Shown in pieces: positions 25,871 to 37,619 of a DNA stretch of 64,000 nucleotides. Source of the stretch: Amphiscolops sp. MND2022 (lineage: Eukaryota); contig OZ076413.1 of the NCBI GenBank assembly GCA_964187785.1, forward strand, positions 50,718,001 through 50,782,000. Direction: 5' to 3'. Within the stretch, counting starts at the first letter, position 1. Each line of letters starts with the position of its first letter. The notes under the pieces were generated by a model. That model had not been told where the DNA came from. It saw only the letters and a program-made list of their open reading frames with translations, and did not search any database. The position numbers and the translations under genes are program-made.

Positions 25871-25874
25871 TAAA

Positions 25875-26687
25875 ATGAATAACTATTCACTAGTTATCGA
25901 CATCTCGTCAGATGAAGAAGCCAATAAGACAAGTACACCGATAAAAACGCTGCCTCTCAATATGGTAGGATACTTGAGTGATTCGTCCATCGAAGTTTAT
26001 TCCGGAAGCGATGCAGAAATGGTTTCCACCTCAGAGTCGCCCGAAACGGCACCGACACCCAAAAAGAAGAGGAAAACCGGAAAGGTCACGTTCGATCTGC
26101 CGCCTCCCGACTCTGACACAGACTATTATGAAGAGCCAGACTCACCGCAGCGTTTACCCTCCCCAATAAAGCGTACCCCTGCTCTAAAAAGAACGGAAAA
26201 TATCCCTGTTATGGGGAATGAAAGAACGCCGAACTCGGAAAAATTAAATGACCTGAACGAGCCTTCTCTAGCGGAATTAGAAGCTCTGTACAGCCTAGAT
26301 TTGGAGGACAGAAATTACCTCGCATCCTTAGGCCGTGGACGCGGGCTACACGCAAAAGAAAATCTGCGTCCTAATATCGTAATTAGACCCCCCGAATGCT
26401 GTCCGGAGGAAGTGGAACGATTGGAGAAGGAAGGCCGCGAAATAGACGAAGAAGAGAGGAAAATTAGAGACATGAAGGCGGGAAGAGGTCGTGGCCCCCT
26501 CCAATCAAGAAGGTACAATGGTCGTCCCCCCGTGACAATAAAAAAGGAAATCCCGCACTGCCACGCTCTACCCTTGTCTCTCTCTTCAAGAGGGGCCCTG
26601 TCACGACCCGCTCCCGGTCGTAATTTTACTTGCTGCTATGGAATACCGGGATTCGGCAGAGGACAAGGGCACAGTAAATACCTTTAA
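25875..26687 (+). CDS. 270-aa accessory ORF (acidic, S/T-P rich, basic NLS-like PKKKRK, GRGRG motifs) ending inside the 3' LTR
   Basis: Intact ORF with AAAATG start context and an aataaa shortly after the stop (~26730). I recognise no domain. Confidence 0.65.
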   Translation: MNNYSLVIDISSDEEANKTSTPIKTLPLNMVGYLSDSSIEVYSGSDAEMVSTSESPETAPTPKKKRKTGKVTFDLPPPDSDTDYYEEPDSPQRLPSPIKRTPALKRTENIPVMGNERTPNSEKLNDLNEPSLAELEALYSLDLEDRNYLASLGRGRGLHAKENLRPNIVIRPPECCPEEVERLEKEGREIDEEERKIRDMKAGRGRGPLQSRRYNGRPPVTIKKEIPHCHALPLSLSSRGALSRPAPGRNFTCCYGIPGFGRGQGHSKYL

Positions 26688-28805
26688 ACTTTATTGAACT
26701 AATCAAATCAAAATTCTACTTACAGTACAAATAAATAAGCGTGAATAATTCTCTAAATACGGAATTCAACGTAAACGTTACGGAAGATTTTCAGAAATGA
26801 TTTTAAACTAGCTAAAACTTCCGGCTTAATGTTTTCACACGCAACGCCGTTTTATTTCCGGTTTTATCTTCTGAGCTTTCCATTCCAATCTAAATACTAA
26901 ATAGTTTTGCAAACGGGATCATTTTGGCGCCCCACACTAAAATGAAAACACAGAAACAACATTTAACTCCGAGATCCCAACGGAGCCCATGAAATCTAAA
27001 ATGGAAAAACATACAAAAATAGAGCGGAAATGTATTCCAATATTAAAGTAGTTGCTAAATATCTACTTAATACCGCAGTCAAGTGATCTTAAGTAAATGT
27101 TTACAACGTTATGACAGCGTCACTCAACTAAGCTGGTGACGGGCGTTACTATATTTACGGACCAATAGCGTCGCTTGTTGGCAGAATTATCCGAGCCGGT
27201 ACCAATAAAATTAAGCTTGGTTGCCCCTAGCAACTCTTGCTAGTTAAGAGAAGAGAATGAATTCACCTACGCTCTCCGTTTCCAATTCGCTTGCTACTGC
27301 TGCTCAGCTATAAGCAATCTTAATACGTACGGAGCACTTACGGAGTGGATTGTAAAATTGTATTCCAACGCCCTACCATAAGCAAACACAACACGTACGG
27401 AGCATTTACGGAGCAACTTAAGAAATTGCAACTAGGAAACTTCGTAATGAATGAATCTGTTAGAAGAACTTTTCTGAATTTATACACCTTAGGGAATCCT
27501 AAGATTAAGTTTACGTAAAGAATAGTTGTACTGTAAGATAGGATTATGAAATGAACGTAACGTTCGTGTTGTTTTGAAATTTGTACCAATTTTGATATGA
27601 TGCAGTGATAATCATCCCAATAACCTCTCTTAGTCTTTTTCTACCTTTGTTAAATCTGTTTCTGAGTGGTAGGATGTATTTTAATACGCTTTCTTAAACC
27701 AGTAAGCCTGAATACTCAGTGTATTAGTCGCTAAACAAGTCTTGATAAACGGACTGTTTCCGTGACATTTACTTGATGCTAAAATCAAATGTTCTGTTTT
27801 GAGTTCCCAATACATGTAAAGTTCGTAACAAATCGCATTTACACAAGCTATTCGTTTCCTAAAGACTTCTCAGCATCACTTTGTTCCTCATTTTGGTATT
27901 CAAGTATCTTTGGCCATAAAATATTCACATTCCGTCACAGTTCCGTTGATATTTTTTGAGTGTCATTCTTTTACTTCGAATTTCAATTTCTAAGTTAGGA
28001 ATTTGACTAATTGATCACGCCAGCGTGCTTGCGTTGATGAAAATGAAAACTAGACTTCTATTTTACCGCAATTTTGAAGCACAAACAGGAAATGAACCGC
28101 CTGAACAAAAATGACTTCAACAAATTTTACGGAATGCTGACGTAACTAGGAATTTTGATGCCTGATTTTATGACGCGGGACTGAAATAATATGAATCATT
28201 AGCGCTTTTTGTTGAACAAACCCGATTTTTGTGATACCTAGGAATTTTTAGGTGAGGAACAAATGATGCTGGGAAGGTATAAATATGTAATACATACATG
28301 TAAATCAGTTAGTTTTCCCAACTTGACTTATAACAATCAGTTCAGTTCCGTTATTATAACGAAAACGAATCTTTGAAGAATTTAACCTTTCCAAAGATAC
28401 TCTCTCTCTCGCTCTGAAGCGAAATGACAACTAGAAGTCAGAAAAGGAAGGCTGTAGCAGAACTAGTCTCCGGCGATTTTGAAACCTCCATAACCGAAAA
28501 CTTTCCGCCTGAAACTCTTGTAGCTAGTTCTAGCAAGATCCCTAGGATAGAACCAGAAAACTTGGCTGAGATAAAAACATCGTTGAGGAAAGAGATCATG
28601 TCTGATCTTACTAAAATCTTAGCTGAAAACCAAAAGGAGATGCTAAAACTAATAGCTCCCACTGTTAAAAAACAAACCATCATAACTGCCGCTGAGGAAA
28701 CAGATTCTGAATCCGAAAACATTCCGGAAAATACAACTTCAACACCGATCAAAAATAAAACCACTGCGACTACTCGTAAAATTACCCCGGTAAATAGTCG
28801 TAACA
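26599..28805 (+). repeat. 3' LTR (2207 bp)
   Basis: Direct repeat of the 5' LTR, followed by the TSD agtgt. Confidence 0.97.
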
Positions 28806-30114
28806 AGTGTTGGTTAAAAATTAGTTGGTATCATACTAACATTAGAAACTCAAAAAAGTTTATGTTGTAGACTCGTGGAAAAGATAGAATTAAGAAGTTC
28901 AAATTAAGAAGATACTCAGTGTATTAGTCGCTAAACAAGTCTTGATAAACGGACTGTTTCCGTGACATTTACTTGATGCTAAAATCAAATGTTCTGTTTT
29001 GAGTTCCCAATACATGTAAAGTTCGTAACAATTCGCATTTACACAAGCTATTCGTTTCCTAAAGACTTCTCAGCATCACTTTGTTCCTCATTTTGGTATT
29101 CAAGTATCTTTGGCCATAAAATATTCACATTCCGTCACAGTTCCGTTGATATTTTTTGAGTGTCATTCTTTTACTTCGAATTTCAATTTCTAAGTTAGGA
29201 ATTTGACTAATTGATCACGCCAGCGTGCTTGCGTCGATGAAAATGAAAACTAGACTTCTATTTTACCGCAATTTTGAAGCACAAACAGGAAATGAACCGC
29301 CTGAACAAAAATGACTTCAACAAATTTTACGGAATGCTGACGTAACTAGGAATTTTGATGCCTGATTTTATGACGCGGGACTGAAATAATATGAATCATT
29401 AGCGCTTTTTGTTGAACAAACCCGATTTTTGTGATACCTAGGAATTTTTAGGTGAGGAACAAATGATGCTGGGAAGGTATAAATATGTAATACATACATG
29501 TAAATCAGTTAGTTTTCCCAACTTGACTTATAACAATCAGTTCAGTTCCGTTATTATAACGAAAACGAATCTTTGAAGAATTTAACCTTTCCAAAGATAC
29601 TCTCTCTCTCGCTCTGAAGCGAAATGACAACTAGAAGTCAGAAAAGGAAGGCTGTAGCAGAACTAGTCTCCGGCGATTTTGAAACCTCCATAACCGAAAA
29701 CTTTCCGCCTGAAACTCTTGTAGCTAGTTCTAGCAAGATCCCTAGGATAGAACCAGAAAACTTGGCTGAGATAAAAACATCGTTGAGGAAAGAGATCATG
29801 TCTGATCTTACTAAAATCTTAGCTGAAAACCAAAAGGAGATGCTAAAACTAATAGCTCCTACTGTTAAAAAACAAACCATCATAACTGCCGCTGAGGAAA
29901 CAGATTCTGAATCCGAAAACATTCCGGAAAATACAACTTCAACACCGATCAAAAATAAAACCACTGCGACTACTCGTAAAATTACCCCGGTAAATAGTCG
30001 TAACAAGTGTTGGTTAAAAATTAGTTGGTATCATACTAACATTAGAAACTCAAAAAAGTTTATGTTGTAGACTCGTGGAAAAGATAGAATTAAGAAGTTC
30101 AAATTAAGAAGATA
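27712..30114 (+). repeat. 1200-bp tandem duplication (distal 3' LTR + host spacer + first ~50 bp of the neighbouring LTR)
   Basis: Sequence repeats at an offset of exactly 1200 (e.g. ORFs at 28424 and 29624), with ATA microhomology at the junction. Confidence 0.95.
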
Positions 30115-30414
30115 GCGTTATCAATAGTGTAGAGTACTAGAGTATCAGTATCTATCCGTATAGCATCGTAGGCAATAACTAAATGGTGGGGATGGACTTT
30201 ATAGTTCATAGGCAGGTACTTGAATGTTCAATTAAGTCTGTCTAGACTATATAACTTTCACCTCTACATTCCCCCCTCTTCGGGATTGTGGGAGCCATTC
30301 TTTAATGTCTCAGGCGTTCTTGTTTCCGGCCTTCTGTTTGTTGGCTGTGTTCCGGATGAAGTGTACGATCTTCTTCTGGCTTTTTGGCTTTGGATCTAGA
30401 ATATTCGAAAGTTG

Positions 30415-33400
30415 TCAAAAATATTCTATGCCGCCAATTTTATTTACCCTTTTTGCGTTTTTGATTCTATTGGATCTACGGATCCCTTTTCCCCCCTCTA
30501 CGATTTTTGGCTTGTTCTCTTCGACCTCTATATTAAATTCTACTACACCTTTATTTACTGAATTTGGGTTTTTTTGTGGTGATCCAGTTGGGGTTTGGTC
30601 AGGGTCCTTGTTGGTTCGGTGTTGTGCCAGTTCTGTACTGCAACTGACGGGTGGTAGAATTTCGGGTGGTTGGCTTTTCTCTGATTTGGCTAATGTCTCG
30701 TCCGTATTGTACTTTATGTCTGCCGTGACGGTGGTTTCAGTGTCGGTATTGTCCGTGAGCGGTGGTTCCTCCGCTTGGGATGACTGACTATCGGAGATTA
30801 TGGTGACGTCCGGGTTCTTTTCGGTCTGTTTGACGGGCATCATTGGGAACGTTTCCGAGCTGGTCGATTGTTTTTGTAGCTCTGATTTTATTCTTTTGTG
30901 TGTGTCGCATAGTTCTTCATTACTGAATCGTCCACATCTTGCGCACCGTTCGGTCGGTTTTCTGATCTCCTCGTTTTTCTTCAGTGGCTGAAATTTTAAA
31001 GGGTTCGATGCCAGTTTCTTATGAATGGTTTTACCGTCCGTAGTTGTTATGGTATGTTTAGTCTCTCTGGCTGCAGTTAAAATTTTATCGGTTTTAAATC
31101 TGCATTTTAGTGCATTGGGTTTGTTTTCTTTTTCAAAAAATTGGTAACTTTTAAAACTGTCGCTTACCGATCGTCCCCTCTTTCTTGACTCATTGAGTAT
31201 CAAATAATCGGCCAGTTCTCCATCTTAGTCGTGTATCGTAAAGACTTGTAATTCGGCAGGCTGGGCTAAAAAGTAATTTGTTAGTGTTTTCTTCCAATTC
31301 GTTAATAGGCAATTTGGTTGGCCAATCAGATTGGTTATCGGCGTGCGTGATTTTCTCCCGTAGTGTAATTGAAAAGGTATCATTTTCAGAGTACTGTGTT
31401 GTGTTTGTCTAATGGTTTTAATTGCCTTGTTGACACTTTCTTCAAAAGTTAAATCGTCTTCTAAATTAGCTCTAGTTAGCGACTTAATTGTGCGAATTGT
31501 TCTTTCGACCAATCCGGTTCCCGTATGTAAATTCGGTGTACACCGTATTCTTGTAATGTTTTCGCCGTTACAGTATTCTTTGAATTCTTTGCTTTTGAAG
31601 CAGCTACCGTTGTCGGTACGTATTGTTTGTGGCGTTCCGTTATCGGCAGAATATTTCATTGAAAATTTTATTACGGTTTGAGAGTCCGTGTTTTTACAAA
31701 TTTGGGCCGTTGGCCATTTGCTAAAACGGTCGATTGCAACTAAAATATAGACGTTTCCGCGTGATTTTGATCTTATCGGGCCGGCAAAGTCTACCTGGAT
31801 TTCTTGTCCGGGTTCAGTTAGAATTTCGAGTCTATTTATTTCCGATTGCGGTATTTGTGTTTTTAAGTTCTTACCTGCGGTTCGGCAGCTGGGGCAGTTC
31901 TCAGCTTTGTCTCTAATCTCACGATGGATACCCGGCCACCAGAACGCCTCCGCGGACTTGTCCATCTTGTTTGTTGATACATGGCCGTTGTGTAGCATGG
32001 TGATAATTGTCGGTCTCATCGCTTCTGGGATAACTATGCGGTCATTATAAAAAAGTAATCCGAAGCGAGTTTCAAGATGTTCGCGGTGTGGGCGATATGG
32101 ATAAAAGATGCCGTCGCGGTTCCCAGTTTCCAGGGCGATGATAGCGTCTAGTATCTTGGTATCTTGTGCCGTTTCCTCGACCAGCATTGGCAGATCCATT
32201 GCAGATTCTCTTTCGGCCTTTTTGATCATCTCTGCCGTTTTTTCGTTTCTTTCTTCTGGCAGCGTATTACGTTTGGCGGTCTGTTTCAGTCGTATAATAT
32301 TGACGCTTTCGTGTTTTTTGAACTTTTTCAGAATGTTTGTTGGACACTTCTCCGTTTTTAGATGGCTAATTTGGCTTTCGTTATCGGAGGACACATTGAT
32401 CCAAGATTCATGAATGCTTTCGTTGAATTCTCTCAGGGGTGTAGTCCCCAGGCTCTCGCAGTAATTGAAGAATTGATTGTAGATCATTATATTGATTCGT
32501 TCGATTTCTTTTCTGTCTTGTTGCGAAGGACGATTTTGTTGTATGCGTTCATTTTCGCTGCCTTTTCCTACGATTCTGGTACGATTCAGTTGTAGGATTT
32601 TATTTCTTTCGGAGCGAAGTTTGTTTGTTTCCGGAGAATGTCCCCGTTTTTTGAAAATAAATTCGATGTCAATTCCATTGACTTTATCCATTTTTGACAT
32701 TCGCGGTACTTTATTCTCAAGCTTTGTGTTATTTGACGGTTCAATGTTGTTTCGCGGTGAGAAAGTTTGGATTGAGTCTCTGTTGTTGGTTTGTTCACGT
32801 GTTTGTTTTGTGCGATGTGATTGGTCGGATTTTGTTGCCGATTGCTGTCGTTGGATGTGTTGTGTAATACTACCGTTCGTGCGATTAAACTCGAATAAGC
32901 CGTATATCTGATTTATTACGAATTCCTCTTCGGCTTCTTTTTCTTCGTTCTCGCATGATGTTTCCGCTTGTTGTTCAGTGAGTATCGGATGTCGGCTTAG
33001 ATAGTCCGTTAGTGGAATGTTCTTGCCTGCGGTGTATTGCACATTAACATCGAAATGGCTCAGACGGTCTAACCACCGTGTGAGTCTTGCACTGTATTGT
33101 TTATGGGCTCGATTGCTCTTTAATAATGGTTGTAACGCTTGGTGATCGGTCAGAAGGTTTATTTTTTTCCGTATACGTAATACCTGAAATATTCGAGGCG
33201 CCATAGGACGCCTAATAATTCGAGTTCGTTCATGGCGTATTTTCTTTCACAATCGGTGAGAAATCTGCTGGCAAAGGCTATTGGCCTGAAGTTTTTATCC
33301 TTTTTCTGCCATAGGGTAGCCCCTAGTCCGGTATTACAAGCATCAGTTGTTATGAATTTCTCTTTTTTTGGACCAAAGTGTGCTAAGCATGGTGTTTCCG

Positions 33401-34590
33401 TTATTTCCTTTTTTAATTGTTCGAAATCGTCATTTATTTCTTTTGTCCATTCCCATTTTGTATCTTTTTTCAGCAATCTTCTCATTCTGTCTGTTTTTTT
33501 GGATAGATTATTCAAAAATTTTGATAAGTGTTGTATCGAGCCCAGAAATGATTTCAATTCCTTGGTGTTTGTGGGTGCTTTCAATTTCGTTATCGCTTCT
33601 GTTTTATCTTTAATTGGTTTTACCCCGTTTTGGTTTATTTCGTATCCCAACCAGGTTAGTTCTTTTTTAAACGATTCTGTTTTTTTCTCGCTCGCTCGGT
33701 AACCGTTTTCTTGTAGTTTCGACAGAATTTCGCGTAACTCTTCTTCGTGTTCCTCTATTGTTCCGTTGGTGACACAAATGATATCATCTAGCCAGACTGG
33801 TGTTTTGAATTCTAGGACTTTATCGATGTGTTCTTGAAACACGGTGGGAATATCCGATAGTCCGTAAAATCCTTTTTTAAATCGGTAGAGTCCGGTAAAA
33901 TCACCGCCTATAATTGAAAACACGCAGTGACGTGACGCTTCTGGGGATAGTTTTGCCTGTCCATATGCAAAATCTAGGTCAATTTTGGACATCCATATCT
34001 CGCCATTGTTTTTTGTGATTTTTGCGGATATTTTGCTGATTAGTTCTTCCATGTTTGGCATTGTTGCCTTTCTTTTTATGCAAGATTCGTTTAGTTTCCT
34101 TGAATCTAGTGCAATTTTTACTGATTTATCTTTTTTGATCGTTATAACCGCGGGTGAGACGAAGCAATTTTCGGTCGTTTTATCGGCTTTTTCCAGGTGT
34201 CCTTTTTCAATTAATTTTTTAAACTCGTTTTTTACGATGTTTTGGAAGTGTATGGGTACCGGTCTCCCTTTTTGTTGAATAGGTTTTGTGTCTTTTTTCA
34301 ACTGAATGTCTATTGTCAGGTCTTTTATTGTGTGGTTGTTTTTAAAAAGGTTTTCAAATTTTTGAAAATTTTCTCACCTTTTTCGCTTGCAGTTATGTTT
34401 CGGATGATATTTGTTTCCAGATTTCCTTGTAATCCGATTTCCAGCTTGTCTAGCCAGTCCAATCCCAGAAGGGGTTGTGTGTTTTTGTTTTCCGTAATTA
34501 GGATGGGTAGTACTGTTTTTGTTTTTTCCGTTTTGACTTCTACCATCGCTTCCCCTTGGAATTTGATTGGATTTTTGTTTACATCAACGA
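30415..34590 (-). pseudogene. pol: Frameshifted pol of the second Gypsy element
   Basis: WLDD (RT), TDAC (RNase H), H..GH/CPSC and QVDF..TDNG..VERT (integrase), split across several ORFs. Confidence 0.92.
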
Positions 34591-34591
34591 A

Positions 34592-35767
34592 TTATTTTGA
34601 GGTCGCTTTGATTTCTCTTGGGTTGATAATTGGCGGGATTATCGTCACTGGAGAGCCTGTGTCAATAATGAATTCTATTGGTTGTCCATGGACCAATAGG
34701 ATTGTTTTGTAGAAATCCACTCGATTAATACCGTTGACGGACTGGATGTGGTCAATTTCTGGCCATGGTTCGGTGTTGCTGCCCGAGGATACTGCTTCGG
34801 TTATCCGGCTGACGTTCTTAGATTTGCAAACTTTGGCAAAGTGCCCCATCTTTTTGCAGTTGTTGCATTGTGATCTCCGTGCCGGGCAAACGTGTTCCAT
34901 AGACCAGTTTGGTTTCCCGCAGAAGCGGCAATTTTTGTTTGAAATTTTTCGTTTCTCGTTGAAATGTGTTTTTCGCTTCCGTAGTTGGTTAGTATGGCCG
35001 ACTTGTTCAGACGATGTTGAACTGCTTGTGGATTCTCTTTTGGTTTTTTTGATTTTGGGTTTTTTGTCTCCGTATTTTCTGTTGTAGTTGTCTAGTTCTA
35101 TGGTTTCCAATACCAACTGTATTTTCAGTGGGCCTTTTATGAATTTATCACGGGCTATTTTGTCCTTTATGGTGGCTGCGAACTTGTATGTGATGATTTC
35201 TTCCGGTGTGACGTTGTTGAAATCACACTTTCTTTCGATGTCCACCAGCCTTTTCCAATATTCGTCCAGGGTCTCGTTTTCCTCCTGTTTCATGTTGAAA
35301 AATTGTGCCCTGCTGTGGAATACATTTCTCGCTGGGAGGAAGGTTTTTTTGAATAATGTCAGTAGTTCTGGTAATTTGACATCTTTTAACTCTCGGCCCC
35401 ACTGACCTCTCATAATTTCATGCTTGGCCTTTGGGCCCAGTGCCCAGATAACGTCACCTTTTATGTGGTAAGCTGTATGTTGGTCCATGTACTCGATCCC
35501 CTCTTCGGTAATCTCGTCTAGATTTCGGTCGTAAGTCAGATGGATATATTCCGATATTTGCTCCCACCACATCTTGGGATTAATCTTGGTGAGATCGGTG
35601 TCTCTGTCTGATAAGATTGGGATCTTGTACTTACTTTTTTCGGTTCTCTCGGCCATTGTTTGGTTGTTTATTGTTCTTGTTGACTGTTCCGATGTCATCG
35701 GTTCACCTTCCATTGGGTTGGGGTCGGTGTTGTTGATTTCGGTGTTGTTGATTTCCAGCATGTTCAA
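34592..35767 (-). pseudogene. gag: Gag and protease N-terminus of the second Gypsy element
   Basis: Knuckles CRFCG..HVC and CNNCKKMGHFAKVC, protease motif IIDTGSP, then a frameshift. Confidence 0.9.
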
Positions 35768-36022
35768 ATTGCTGACTGCGCCATGTTGTAGACTCGTGGA
35801 AAAGATAGAATTAAGAAGTTCAAATTAAGAAGATAGCGTTATCAATAGTGTAGAGTACTAGAGTATCAGTATCTATCCTTATAGCATCGTAGGCAATAAC
35901 TAAATGGTGGGGATGTACTTTATAGTTCATAGGCAGGTACTTGAATGTTCAATTAAGTCTGTCTAGACTATATAACTTTCACCTCTACAGTTTAACCTTG
36001 AGATCAAAACTTCACCTCTTAG

Positions 36023-36477
36023 ATCTCGCCTGGCAAAACTACACGGGCGAATCACACCACGGTCATGCAACGGTTAGCGGATGCCAAATGCAGAAGTTTT
36101 GCTACAAGAGTTAAAGACAACCGGCCAAAAATGAAGTTTGTCTTTTTCTTCGGTTTTAACCACTGTGGGTCCTCGGCTACTGGAATGGTACTAGACGCAC
36201 ACCCACACGCCATTGTGGCAAACGAGTTTGACTTATTCGGCGACATGCTAATGGGTAATGGTCTGGATTATTTATTGAAACATCTTTGTTATTCTTCGGA
36301 GTTGAAAGCCAGGAAAATGGATAAAAAGCCGATGGACAGGAAAGGATACTCTTTGAAAATGGGAGAAAGTCATGGGTTGTGCGACGGAGATTTGAAGCTT
36401 ATTGGGATCCGCAAATCGCTGGTCACATTGACGCATTTTATGGACAATCAAGAGCGCTTTTATCGATCGTTTCGAAG
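36023..36477 (+). CDS. Exon 2 of the sulfotransferase-like gene (5'-PSB loop region)
   Basis: Acceptor ctcttag|ATC. FFFGFNHCGSSATGMVLDAHPHAIVANE resembles the G.PRSG.S....LDAHP motif of TPST-like sulfotransferases. It ends at a phase-2 donor AG|GTTAAA. Confidence 0.75.
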
Positions 36478-36853
36478 GTTAAAAATGTTTACTTCATGTC
36501 TGCGGAATTAAAATTTTACAAAACGTTGTTTTGACAACCTCAAACGGATTAACACCCATCCATTAAAAAAGCTTTTTAAAATGCATTGTCAAGCGTTATA
36601 TCGGAATATCGAAACATTTTAAAATGTTCAACAATGAAAGAATCATCACGAAATGAAAGAAAAGCATGGTATTGAAAACATGACTTGATATAATCCTGCT
36701 GTTTCAAAAGGACTTTTCAATATAAATTGATGGCAACAATTTTTCAAAGACGAGTTTAAAAGCAACAATTATAAAGTGAATCCTTTGAGAATCCTATTTT
36801 GATCTGATTCGTTTTCAGTGGAAAGAAGCTTCTAAAAATAGTTTCATTTTCAG

Positions 36854-37135
36854 GTTAGCGAGGATCTTTGTCATGTCAGGAATTCTCGTCACTCGCAACG
36901 TGTACGACATGATTGCAACGAGATTGTCAGTAGAGACCCACGACATCCTCTTCAAAACAAGTCTCATAAACGGCAGCACTGTCTACGTCAGCAAACACAA
37001 CATATCTTCGATTGGGTACCATGGAGACTTCTACAAATTCTGTCACATTGGACTCGCCAACGGTACTGTCAAAATAGTACCAAACCAGGAAATCTTTGAC
37101 GTCATCGAGTATTTGGGACAAATCGCGAACTCCAG
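36854..37135 (+). CDS. Exon 3 of the sulfotransferase-like gene (3'-phosphate-binding motif)
   Basis: Acceptor tttcag|G, phase-compatible with exon 2. ILVTRNVYDMIAT matches the R(N/D)P.D...S/T motif. Donor AG|GTTAGC. Confidence 0.7.
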
Positions 37136-37419
37136 GTTAGCTACTCTGTAGAAAACCCATGTTATCAATCAATCGGTGACCGACAGCTCCGCCGGTGGCT
37201 ACCGATGGTTTGAATGGTACCTCCGGTAGAAAACCCGACTTGTTTAGATTAAAAAAAACTACAAATGTTCCCCGTACGGGGAAAAAGTTACGTAAAAAGT
37301 CGAAGTTGTTTTGCGCTTTTCAAGGTATACCCGGAGTTTGAAACAATAAATTGCCCAAAGTTGACCTGAATCAAAGGGAATAATGATCTGAAAAACAAAC
37401 GATAAATAACGTGCTCTCA

Positions 37420-37619
37420 NNNNNNNNNNNNNNNNNNNNNNNNNNNNNNNNNNNNNNNNNNNNNNNNNNNNNNNNNNNNNNNNNNNNNNNNNNNNNNNNN
37501 NNNNNNNNNNNNNNNNNNNNNNNNNNNNNNNNNNNNNNNNNNNNNNNNNNNNNNNNNNNNNNNNNNNNNNNNNNNNNNNNNNNNNNNNNNNNNNNNNNNN
37601 NNNNNNNNNNNNNNNNNNN
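37420..37619. other. Assembly gap (200 N)
   Basis: Run of N. Confidence 1.

Larger units (their letters stand above)
12460..28805 (+). mobile_element. Full-length 16.3-kb Ty3/Gypsy LTR retrotransposon with accessory genes
   Basis: TGT...ACA LTRs at 12460-14665 and 26599-28805, a 5-bp TSD agtgt (12455-12459, 28806-28810), PBS-like tggtgacagg at 14666, purine-rich aagagggg before the 3' LTR, and domain order PR-RT-RH-IN. Confidence 0.97.
30063..35989 (-). mobile_element. 5.9-kb Ty3/Gypsy (Mag-like) LTR retrotransposon
   Basis: 206-bp LTRs at 30063-30268 and 35784-35989 (two differences seen), TSD gttta (30058-30062, 35990-35994), PBS tggcgcagtc (tRNA-Ser-like), and PPT aagaggggggaa. Confidence 0.95.

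Noticed and set aside
28424..30070. Two independent 148-aa genes
   Set aside because: Both are the LTR-encoded Gag N-terminus running into flanking DNA, doubled by the 1200-bp duplication.
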